This document shows positions 48,069 through 56,556 of a stretch of DNA of 64,000 nucleotides, one piece after another. Under the pieces are notes generated by a model that did no database searches, was not told where the DNA came from, and saw only the letters and a program-made list of their open reading frames with translations. Location of the stretch: positions 1-64,000 of the forward strand of contig JBNKCR010000018.1 of assembly GCA_050287845.1 (NCBI GenBank), in the 5' to 3' direction. How positions within the stretch are numbered: position 1 is the stretch's first letter; each line of letters starts with the position of its first letter. The position numbers and the translations under genes were made by a program. Origin of the DNA: Polyangia bacterium (GTDB taxonomy: Bacteria > Myxococcota_A > Polyangia > JAAYKL01).

Positions 48069-48225
48069 AACAAGTGTAGTCATGGAAGATAAATTCAGGC
48101 TGCACAGTGTACGAATATCTGACGCCTCTTCCATGTATTGCCGTTGACAACAATTGGCGCGGGAACAGGATGAACATTCCACCGCGCCGACTATCCGGAC
48201 GGAACCGGATAAGTGAGGTGGTAAG

Positions 48226-48573
48226 ATGCCAAATACAAAAACGATTGCGGGAATCCAGCGCGGGCCGGACTTTGAACGGGAAGTTCACGAAGTTCATCAT
48301 GTGAAACGGCTTGATAACGAGGTGAAGAACAACTCTAAAGCGGAGGTGAATGAGCCACTTATCAAGGCAGCGGTAGACGCGGGAAAGGAGGTTGCGTCTT
48401 CGATGGGACAATGGGTGGACGTGACCTATGACCGGGAGAATGAGATGATCATCATGAAAATCCGAGATATTAACGGAGACGAAGTGGTGCGTCAGATTCC
48501 CCCGGAGGAAATGATTCGAACCGCTCAGAGAGTCAAACAGCAGCAGTCGCAGTTTCTGAACAGTGTGGTTTGA
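48226..48573 (+). CDS. flaG: Flagellar protein FlaG
   Basis: IRD..G.EVVRQIPPEE signature; directly upstream of fliD. Confidence 0.88.
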   Translation: MPNTKTIAGIQRGPDFEREVHEVHHVKRLDNEVKNNSKAEVNEPLIKAAVDAGKEVASSMGQWVDVTYDRENEMIIMKIRDINGDEVVRQIPPEEMIRTAQRVKQQQSQFLNSVV

Positions 48574-48602
48574 AGACGTTTTACAGATAAGGAGCAGCTA
48601 AC

Positions 48603-49904
48603 ATGGGAATCACATTCTCGGGAATCGCTTCCGGTATTGATACCGGCGCCATCGTTGAGTCGTTTGTTTATTCGGAACGGGCGCCGATCCGTGCCATGGA
48701 AGCGCAGAAAAAGGACTACAACAGTCAGCTGGATAATGTTCGTACGCTGAACTCCAGGATGCAGGCGCTTCAGAAGACCATGCAGGGACTGAGCAGCATC
48801 GGCGATTTTCTGTCTTTTTCTGCGGAATACTCGGAGAAAGATGCCATGTCGGTGTCAGCCAATGGCGACGCATCACCCGGTGTGTACACCGTCAACGTGG
48901 ACCGGCTGGCTAGAGCGGAAAGAGACTATTCCACCGCAACCTTCAGCAGCAAGGACACGAAGGGAGTCGCCGGTACCGGGACGCTTTCAATCACAGTTGG
49001 CGCCAATGACGCCGTGGATATTGATGTTACCGATTCGATGACACTTGAAGATATTGTTAATAAGATCAACGGATCGGAAGCCGAGGTGTCCGCAAGTCTC
49101 GTATTCGATGGCAGTGAATATCACGTGCAGATTTCAGGGTCAAAGACCGGAACAGTGGCTGAGGCCGGCATTTCATTCGGTGAAAGTGGCACCTTGAACT
49201 TCGGATTTGCGGAGTACCAGGGGGCGCAGGACGCCCAGATGACCATTGATGGGATTACTGTCAGCAGTTCAACCAATACGTTCGAGGATGTCCTCACCGG
49301 AGTCACTATTAATATTAATGAAGAGACGACGGATTCATTTCAGATGGAAATCAAGGCGGACAACTCCAGCATCAAAGAAACGTTGGAGGGCTTTGTCGAC
49401 AGTTATAATGAAATTCTGGGGCTGGTGAAAAAGGATACCACATCGAATTCAACGTTGCGTTCACTGCGATTACAGATGGGGACAATGATTGCCAATGCGC
49501 TTGGGGATGTGGGGGGCACCTACACCGCTTTATCTCAAATTGGAATTTCGACCAACAATGACGGCACTTTGAAGCTGGATGGGTCTGATTTGGAAGACGC
49601 CCTTGCCCGGGATACGCGAGGTGTGGCTCAACTTTTCTCCGGAAGTGACGATGGTACTGTCGATGGGATGGGGGATTTGCTCGATGAGTTTATCGATCGG
49701 TATGTGTCCAGTGTGGATGGCGTGCTGAAAACTCAGGAAAGTGGTCTGCAGAGAATGATCACCAATATCGACGATTCCATATTGCAGGCAGAAGATCGGG
49801 TGACGGCTTACGAGCAGGGTCTTACGACCAAATTCACTGCGATGGAAATCAGTATGAACGAGCTGCAGTCTCAGATGAGCTATATGAACATGATGGGCTT
49901 TTAA
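48603..49904 (+). CDS. fliD: Flagellar filament capping protein
   Basis: FSGIASGIDT, V..LA, AQDA...IDG....SSTN, FV.SYN, LSQIGI....DG.L, KF.AME. Confidence 0.95.
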   Translation: MGITFSGIASGIDTGAIVESFVYSERAPIRAMEAQKKDYNSQLDNVRTLNSRMQALQKTMQGLSSIGDFLSFSAEYSEKDAMSVSANGDASPGVYTVNVDRLARAERDYSTATFSSKDTKGVAGTGTLSITVGANDAVDIDVTDSMTLEDIVNKINGSEAEVSASLVFDGSEYHVQISGSKTGTVAEAGISFGESGTLNFGFAEYQGAQDAQMTIDGITVSSSTNTFEDVLTGVTININEETTDSFQMEIKADNSSIKETLEGFVDSYNEILGLVKKDTTSNSTLRSLRLQMGTMIANALGDVGGTYTALSQIGISTNNDGTLKLDGSDLEDALARDTRGVAQLFSGSDDGTVDGMGDLLDEFIDRYVSSVDGVLKTQESGLQRMITNIDDSILQAEDRVTAYEQGLTTKFTAMEISMNELQSQMSYMNMMGF

Positions 49905-49929
49905 CTGAATTTCGACGAGGAGATGCTGT

Positions 49930-50355
49930 ATGCAAAATCTAATGGGGTATCGGCAACAGGCGTACAAGAAAGTGCATGTGGAGACCGCCAATCCGGGACG
50001 CGTTCTGCTTCAATTGTACGATGCCGCAATTCGCTTTGTTGAACAGGCGCAGGTTCAGATTGATTCAGGTCAGGCAGGCCCCAAAGGAGAAAGTCTACGA
50101 AAGGCCCATGCAATTGTTGCAGAGTTCATTAATGCGCTCGATCATCAGATGTCTCCGCAACTGTGCTCCAATCTGGAGCAGATTTATGGTTTCATGCTGG
50201 AGAAGATGGCAGAGGCAAATGTGAACATGGATTCCGGCGCGCTGGTGCCGGTTCTCAAGCATTTGCGGGAAATGCGCGGCACCTGGCAAATCGCAGTGGA
50301 TCAGTCCGTGGCGGAGTCATCTGCAAACACGGGCGGCATCGGAAGCGCACTATGA
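49930..50355 (+). CDS. fliS: Flagellin export chaperone
   Basis: AY...VETA.P...LLQLYD.AIRF, KA.AI, L..NL..IY.F, TW. Confidence 0.93.
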   Translation: MQNLMGYRQQAYKKVHVETANPGRVLLQLYDAAIRFVEQAQVQIDSGQAGPKGESLRKAHAIVAEFINALDHQMSPQLCSNLEQIYGFMLEKMAEANVNMDSGALVPVLKHLREMRGTWQIAVDQSVAESSANTGGIGSAL

Positions 50356-50777
50356 ACCAGCACGCCATATTAAAAACATTAAAAGACTGGCTGGCCAATC
50401 TTGAGTCGATGAACCGACTTCCCGTCCGCTTTTCGGAGGATCAACAAACTATTGACGCCCGTCTCGCTGAGCGTCAACAAATTATTGACTCCCTTCAGCT
50501 TCTTGACGGTAAGCTGACGGAAATCCGAGCTCTCCGGGCATCCAAATGGACTGATTTTTCCCCTTCAACAGTAAAAAAATTTGAACGTTTGATTCAAAAA
50601 GGCAATGTGATTTTAGCTACTTGCGCAGCGAGAGACAAGGAAAGCCTTGATATTGCAACGAATTTGCGAAAAGAGGTTTCCGGCAACATATCTAACCTAC
50701 GAAAATCAAAGGGATATCTCGTAACATCCCACGTGGTCAAAAAGTCCTCCTCGGTCATCGTCGACAGTCACGCATAA
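50352..50777 (+). CDS. Hypothetical helical protein in the FliT/FlgN position
   Basis: ATGA overlap with fliS; ERQQII..L..LD; C-terminal KGY...IVDSHA resembles FliT/FlgN-type chaperone tails. Confidence 0.6.
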   Translation: MNQHAILKTLKDWLANLESMNRLPVRFSEDQQTIDARLAERQQIIDSLQLLDGKLTEIRALRASKWTDFSPSTVKKFERLIQKGNVILATCAARDKESLDIATNLRKEVSGNISNLRKSKGYLVTSHVVKKSSSVIVDSHA

Positions 50778-50780
50778 AAC

Positions 50781-50795
50781 TGGCATCGCTTTTGC
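50781..50795 (+). promoter_or_regulatory. Sigma54 -24/-12 promoter upstream of flagellin
   Basis: TGGCATCGCTTTTGC (GG-N10-GC, near consensus) just after the preceding stop codon. Confidence 0.75.
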
Positions 50796-50832
50796 GATAA
50801 CACCTGTCAGGCCAATGAATGGCAGGTGAAAA

Positions 50833-51108
50833 GTGACTGAAACTCAATTAGCAAAAAAAGAAAATAGAAAGAAAGCGGACGTTGTTCTCAAAGAGAGATT
50901 CATTCGCAGGGACAACCGTGAGTATCCCGGCAACAGTGTCTTTCTCGCGGATCCTGATGAGATAATCGCTCAACTGTCCGCTCACTTCATGCTGAACAGG
51001 CTGAACAGTTGCGTCCTGCCCGCTGGCGTTGATGACGCAGAGTCAGACGATTTGCCGCGTTTCCAACAATCGCATAGGGACGGGCTTCAAGTACCCAAGG
51101 AGGGATAA
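50833..51108 (+). CDS. Possible small ORF in the flagellin leader
   Basis: 91 codons from a GTG preceded by AGGT; the TAA stop ends 1 nt before the fliC ATG; no recognisable family. Confidence 0.35.
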   Translation: MTETQLAKKENRKKADVVLKERFIRRDNREYPGNSVFLADPDEIIAQLSAHFMLNRLNSCVLPAGVDDAESDDLPRFQQSHRDGLQVPKEG

Positions 51109-51109
51109 G

Positions 51110-51940
51110 ATGGGACTGGTAATTAATACCAATATTGCTTCTATGAACGCTCAACGGAATTTGAGCAGGACTGAAGATTCACTCAACACCAGTATGGCGC
51201 GATTGTCTTCGGGAATGCGTATTACGGCATCCAAGGATGATGCGGCGGGGTTGGCAATTTCAGAAAAATTACGAGCCCAGATTCGTGGTCTGGCCCAGGC
51301 GGAACGGAATTCCCATGACGGAATCTCCCTGGTCCAGGTCGCAGAGGGTGCTTTGAACGAGGTGGGCAACATCCTTATCCGACTTCGGGAACTGGCAGTG
51401 CAGTCAGCAACGGGAACACTCGGCTCAGAGGAACGCGGTTATCTCAATAACGAATTGAATGAATTGATGGAAGAGATGGACCGTATCGCCGGCGTCACAG
51501 ACTTTAACGGCATGCAGCTGCTGGACGGCAGCGCGTCTTTCGATTTGCAGGTGGGGATTCGGAATCACCCGGATGATCGGATTCAGGTGGTGATCAGCAC
51601 GATGAGTACGGTGGGTATCGGACTGGAGGGGGTTCAGATTGATGGCGCTACGGGTTCAAATGCGCGACTGGCGCTGGATGCCATTGACGTTGCCATCAAT
51701 AGCGTGTCTGAGATTCGAGGTGAACTGGGTGCCATTCAGAATCGACTGGCAAGTACCATTAAGAACCTTGCGACACAGCGCGAAAATCTTTCAGCCGCAA
51801 ACAGCCGAATCCGGGATGTGGATGTGGCGGACGAGACAGTGCGGCAGACCCGGGCACAGATTCTGATGCAGGCAGGCATTTCAGTACTGTCTCAGGCAAA
51901 TCAGTTGCCACAGATGGCCTTGCAGCTGATTGGCGGCTAG
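51110..51940 (+). CDS. fliC: Flagellin (276 aa, minimal variable region)
   Basis: INTNIAS..AQRNL, RLSSG.RI..SKDDAAGLAISE, RG.LGA.QNRL, SRIRD.D.A.E, QANQ.PQ.AL.L. Confidence 0.98.
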   Translation: MGLVINTNIASMNAQRNLSRTEDSLNTSMARLSSGMRITASKDDAAGLAISEKLRAQIRGLAQAERNSHDGISLVQVAEGALNEVGNILIRLRELAVQSATGTLGSEERGYLNNELNELMEEMDRIAGVTDFNGMQLLDGSASFDLQVGIRNHPDDRIQVVISTMSTVGIGLEGVQIDGATGSNARLALDAIDVAINSVSEIRGELGAIQNRLASTIKNLATQRENLSAANSRIRDVDVADETVRQTRAQILMQAGISVLSQANQLPQMALQLIGG

Positions 51941-52007
51941 ACCGAATAAATTCTGAGAAGAACGACAACCGGACTGTGTTGTCCTGACAAACAACGGAGA
52001 GAAATAA

Positions 52008-52418
52008 ATGTTGCATGAACACCTGAATGTTGAGCAGACGCCTGTTGTGCAGGTGCCGGAAGAAGTGGATCGAAAAGAACTTCTTGTAGCGCTTTACGCC
52101 AGTGCGATTCGGAATGTCCAGCAGGCGAAAGAGGAAATTGATGCCGGTGCAAAGAAGGCGGAAGAGCTGCTGACCCTCGGAAAAGCGTATTGGATCGTTG
52201 AGTATTTCATTGATTCACTCGACTTTGAAGTTGCGCCGGAACTCTGTGCCGACCTCCAGTCATTGTATCATTCCATGATGGAGAAAATGACCGAGGCCTA
52301 TCAGACAATGAAGAGTGAGCCTCTGATACCGGTTATCGCGGCATTGAAAGAACTGCACATGACCTGGCAGGAAGCGGTTGCCATTGTCTCCGGTGAACAG
52401 ACCATTGGTCAGGCGTAA
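52008..52418 (+). CDS. fliS: Second FliS-like chaperone
   Basis: LL..LY.SAIR...AK, KA..IV....SLD, L..DL..LY, L...W.EA; divergent N-terminus. Confidence 0.8.
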   Translation: MLHEHLNVEQTPVVQVPEEVDRKELLVALYASAIRNVQQAKEEIDAGAKKAEELLTLGKAYWIVEYFIDSLDFEVAPELCADLQSLYHSMMEKMTEAYQTMKSEPLIPVIAALKELHMTWQEAVAIVSGEQTIGQA

Positions 52419-52519
52419 CAGGCAGTATTAACAATTCAGTAGACGTCGCACCGTGACGCCGACCATGAAAAATCATGACCGACGAACGGGGCGGTGCGCA
52501 AAAAAAAGGGGTCGATACC

Positions 52520-53263
52520 ATGACGCTTAAAACCATCACCATCAATACTTCAACAACAATCGCATCCCCTGAGATCAGGTTGGCGGAGGTTCCGTATGCC
52601 GGAATCTGGCAGTACGTGGGGAGTTGTATCGACTACTCGACCGACGCTACCAGTGGGGTTATCAGGGATTTGAATCACGCGACGCAGGCAGCGGCGAATC
52701 GGCTTGCCAAAAAGTTGTCTCTCCGCAACATCTCAATAGAGGTCGTGATCGATCCACTGATTCCGCCCACCAGTCTGTCCTTTGCACAGATGGTTCCACT
52801 GATTGAGGAAATCGGCGAAAACGCATCTGCATCTGTTGAGCCGGGACCGGGGACTGTGGTGTTGAGAACCTGGTGGCGCGGCGGGTATGCGGGGGTGGAC
52901 GCCATCGGCAGAGACGCCACCGTTCCGGACGTGATCAAACAGAACCTGATGATGCCCGGCTTTTCGACCAAGGCAGGAGAATGGGATACGGGCTTTGGCC
53001 TGCACTCTGCTTCTCAACGGGCGAAAGCCCTCAACGGCATGATCGAATTCTTTGACAGTGAGGATGAAGGTCCTGCTTTCCGATTTGCGATTCCGGTAAA
53101 AATGGCGTCATCCGCGGGTTCGCCGGAAGCCCGGGTGGAAGTACCGGAATACGCGGTCCGGGAAGTACCTGCCGCGATTGATTTTAACTGGTATTTTCCC
53201 GCCGTTGGGGATTCTGCCGAAATAACCGGAAATACAACCGAAGCACGTCTGTTCAAGGCCTGA
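52520..53263 (+). CDS. Stand-alone degenerate HATPase_c-domain protein (start may be 52475)
   Basis: ENA N-box, PGFSTK F-box, DTGFGL G2 box, G.AFRF.IP; no DxGxG and no H-box. Confidence 0.65.
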   Translation: MTLKTITINTSTTIASPEIRLAEVPYAGIWQYVGSCIDYSTDATSGVIRDLNHATQAAANRLAKKLSLRNISIEVVIDPLIPPTSLSFAQMVPLIEEIGENASASVEPGPGTVVLRTWWRGGYAGVDAIGRDATVPDVIKQNLMMPGFSTKAGEWDTGFGLHSASQRAKALNGMIEFFDSEDEGPAFRFAIPVKMASSAGSPEARVEVPEYAVREVPAAIDFNWYFPAVGDSAEITGNTTEARLFKA

Positions 53264-53289
53264 TTCAAAACTGAGCGTGAGATGGTGAT

Positions 53290-54333
53290 ATGTTACGTCT
53301 GGAAATGATAAACAAGGTGGCGGATGTCAAAGGTACGGTCGTGGAAGTGCTATCCTGGCCCAATGGTGAACCGGCGGGATATCACTGGGACAATGGCCGG
53401 GACTTTGCGAATGGCGGCGCACCGGTCGCATTTGATTTCAGGAAGTCCAGTAGCGAGCTGCCCTGGAAGGATAAAATTCACGCTGTGATTTGGTTCTTCG
53501 GACCGTCGAAAGTGAAATCTCCGCAATCTGTTCTCGCATGGCTGCATGCACGCATGTCCGATGATGGTATGATTCATCTGACAAACGAGATTCCATGGCA
53601 TGGTAAGACGTCGCAGACTCAGGAGTTTGCCCTGTACAATAATGAGGAAATTCACGCACTGCTGGTGCGCAATGGTTTTAATTGCATTGAGCACCTCGAA
53701 GAAGGGCTGTATTTCAGACATTGGCGCGCCCGCAAATCCACCAACGTTGTGCCAGAGCGCTTTATGAAAGTGGAAACCGAACTCACAAACGGCGATTGGC
53801 AGGCAGCGGTGGCGGCATTGGGGAAATTGGACGATCAGTTGGATTCGCTTCCCGCGGTGAGAGAATATGCATTGCTGCTGGCGGCCTGTCATGATTTGGC
53901 GGGTAACACGGCACGCAGCTATGCGGCGTTGACCGAAGCGCTCCGACTGGACCCCCGTTGCGGCCGTGCGTTGTGCGGGTTGGGCAGGTTGGCAGCGCTG
54001 AATGACGATTTGGATGGCGCATTGCTGTTTTTTGATTCTGCGTTGAGAAAATCGCCGTATCTGGTTGCTGCGCTGGAAGGCCGGGCAACCGTAAACGAAA
54101 TGTTGGGGAATTACCGTTCGGCATATGAAGACCTGCTGGATGCCACCAGTTTTCGTCCCGGAGACAGAGAATTGCTTCTGGATGTGATTCGGGTGGGAAA
54201 TCAGCTGGGGTTGCACGAAGAAGTTACTTCGTTGCTCTTTACCCGAGCGGACACGGGTACGGACTGGGACAGTTTTCAACTCACGCCGGAACATACAGCC
54301 GACGACCCGCGCATCGAGCATGTGATCGGCTGA
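53290..54333 (+). CDS. Degenerate methyltransferase-like domain plus TPR protein
   Basis: LPW.D....V..F...P..VL......M..DG.I.L N-terminal pattern; TPRs (EALRLDP...RALCGLGRLA; ALRKSP). Confidence 0.65.
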   Translation: MLRLEMINKVADVKGTVVEVLSWPNGEPAGYHWDNGRDFANGGAPVAFDFRKSSSELPWKDKIHAVIWFFGPSKVKSPQSVLAWLHARMSDDGMIHLTNEIPWHGKTSQTQEFALYNNEEIHALLVRNGFNCIEHLEEGLYFRHWRARKSTNVVPERFMKVETELTNGDWQAAVAALGKLDDQLDSLPAVREYALLLAACHDLAGNTARSYAALTEALRLDPRCGRALCGLGRLAALNDDLDGALLFFDSALRKSPYLVAALEGRATVNEMLGNYRSAYEDLLDATSFRPGDRELLLDVIRVGNQLGLHEEVTSLLFTRADTGTDWDSFQLTPEHTADDPRIEHVIG

Positions 54334-54546
54334 TACCGCGATCATTGGGTTGCCCACTTCGCGAATCATTCATTTCAGCACAACAATATTCATTGAGATA
54401 ACCGGTCCGGGACTGGACGCAGAGGGTGTTTGACGCTATGCTTTTTCCTGCGATTCTGACCATCCACTTCGGCGGAAAACGATTTTTGAAGCTGGGAAAA
54501 AGGATTTATGACAGTTCCATTGGTGCACTTTTATACTGGTTACCGA

Positions 54547-55230
54547 ATGAAAACTTTCGAAAAAATCTTCCCGTTTTTATTCCCCACTTTTTTCATCTTC
54601 GCATGCCAGACCAGTCCGCTTGATTTTGAATTGGCCGACTCCGCCTCTGCGACGGCAACAACAGATACAGATACGGGAACGGCTAATTATGTGATGGATT
54701 CAGATTCACACATTGTCGATTGGCAATACGATACAGGCGACGGAACAGGGGGACAGGATGAATCATGTTACCTGCGTACGGGAAGCGATGGACCGGTTGC
54801 CTGGTGCGATTCACCGGATTTGCATGCGCAGGCTTGCGATACCTTTGAGTCGAAGTGCTGTTGTCGGCTGGCGTGCTCTCCAGCGATATGTGCAAGCGGA
54901 GTGGACTTCAATACGCCGTGTCAATACTTCGATGTTGTCGAAAAGAACGGATATTGCAGTCACCCTGCGGATAATATTCCTGTGGACTACACATGCATGG
55001 GCCAATGTACGCCGCGCAGCGACTGCAGTCAGGTGGATGACGACGGCAGCTGCATGGACACCGATGCACCGAAGTCAGGTATGTGTCTGATTTATGACAC
55101 AGAAAACAATCCGGTATTCTGTCAGAAAAACTGTGAGATGACATTCTGCGACACATCCCATATGTGTGCTCCTCTTTTTGATTCCGCTGGGCAATTCAGT
55201 CAAAAAGGCGCTTGCGTTCCGGTGAATTGA
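54547..55230 (+). CDS. Cysteine-rich lipoprotein
   Basis: Lipobox IFAC, Thr/Asp linker, 20 further Cys. Confidence 0.75.
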   Translation: MKTFEKIFPFLFPTFFIFACQTSPLDFELADSASATATTDTDTGTANYVMDSDSHIVDWQYDTGDGTGGQDESCYLRTGSDGPVAWCDSPDLHAQACDTFESKCCCRLACSPAICASGVDFNTPCQYFDVVEKNGYCSHPADNIPVDYTCMGQCTPRSDCSQVDDDGSCMDTDAPKSGMCLIYDTENNPVFCQKNCEMTFCDTSHMCAPLFDSAGQFSQKGACVPVN

Positions 55231-55486
55231 CTGGCAAAGTAACTATCCGTAATTTCAGAGTAAATCATTGGTGTTTCACTCCCCATGAGTGGGTCGTGAA
55301 CGCGCATTCTGAAAGCATATTTTTATGACAATATTGTGACAGATATTTGCTAGAGCGAATCCTGTCAGCGTTGATTGTAAAGCGAAATGGATATGTGAGC
55401 GTTTCAGTTGGACAGAACGTTCGGAGTCGGGCAACCGGGAATGGTGTGAGTCCAGCACCGATAAGATTTAAAGACACGATTGAAAT

Positions 55487-56299
55487 ATGCATTCTGGAAA
55501 AACAGAAGTGAACATCACGATCAAAGACGGGCTGAAAGTCGCGGGCACTACCAGTACCGGTGGATTCATTGTTCCCCCGCGCCCCCTGAACATCATTGTG
55601 GGGGCGTTTGGCAGTGGCAAAACAGAAGTCGCTGTGAACTGGTCCATTGCGCTGGCCAGAGACGGATATGGCGTTCGACTGGCCGATTTGGATGTTGCGA
55701 ATCCGTATTTCCGCTCACGGGAAGCGCAGGGGGAATTGCGACAGAATGGCGTGGAACCGGTAATTCCGGCGGGAGAAGTGCAGTTTTCAGATTTACCCGT
55801 GCTCATTCCTCAGATTAAAGGGATGCTGCAGCGGGAAACCGGGGATTTTTCTTTTTTTGATGTGGGCGGTGATGAAGCCGGCGCCAAAGTTCTGGCTTCC
55901 CTTCGCAACGCATTCCCCAATACGCCATACGCCCTGTATCAGGTCATCAACAGCCGACGACCGTTCACCGACAGCGTTGCCGGGTGCATTGAAATGAAAA
56001 AAGCGCTTGAACGAACCTCGGGGCTGCGAATTACTTCGTATATCATTAATTCCCATCTGATGTCGTTGACTACCCTGGATGTTGTGGCCGAAGGGATGGA
56101 TTTCGGCGAAAAATTGGAAGCCGAAACCGGGGTTCCGGTGTCATTTGTCACCGTCATGCACGATGCGGTGGATGTTACAAAGTTGAAAAAAATCGCAAGG
56201 TATCCTATTGCTGAGATGACACGACGGATGCTGCCTCCCTGGTTAACGAGAAATGCTGCCCAGGCCTGGCCGCTTTCCGCCGGGGACAGACGAGGTTGA
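55487..56299 (+). CDS. P-loop ATP-binding protein of the type found upstream of vor operons
   Basis: GAFGSGKTE Walker A, DLD.ANPYFRSRE, DVGGD..GA, N..RPFT, NSHL. Confidence 0.8.
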   Translation: MHSGKTEVNITIKDGLKVAGTTSTGGFIVPPRPLNIIVGAFGSGKTEVAVNWSIALARDGYGVRLADLDVANPYFRSREAQGELRQNGVEPVIPAGEVQFSDLPVLIPQIKGMLQRETGDFSFFDVGGDEAGAKVLASLRNAFPNTPYALYQVINSRRPFTDSVAGCIEMKKALERTSGLRITSYIINSHLMSLTTLDVVAEGMDFGEKLEAETGVPVSFVTVMHDAVDVTKLKKIARYPIAEMTRRMLPPWLTRNAAQAWPLSAGDRRG

Positions 56300-56301
56300 A
56301 C

Positions 56302-56556
56302 ATGCCGCTGATAAAAGTAGAGAACGACAAATGCAAGGGATGTGAACTGTGTATCAGCGCATGTCCGCAGCAAATTATCAAACTGTCGGATGACATTAAC
56401 TCGCAGGGATTTCGCTTTGCGGTGGTGGATGATAAATCCCGTTGTATTGGTTGTAAACTGTGCGCCATATCCTGCCCCGATCTGGCTATCGAGGTATTTG
56501 CGGAAGGCTGCTATTATCAATTTTATCCATACGAAGTCCTGGAAAAACGCTCATGA
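56302..56556 (+). CDS. 2x[4Fe-4S] ferredoxin-type (delta) subunit of 2-oxoacid:ferredoxin oxidoreductase
   Basis: CKGCELC...CP and CIGCKLC...CPD. Confidence 0.9.
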   Translation: MPLIKVENDKCKGCELCISACPQQIIKLSDDINSQGFRFAVVDDKSRCIGCKLCAISCPDLAIEVFAEGCYYQFYPYEVLEKRS

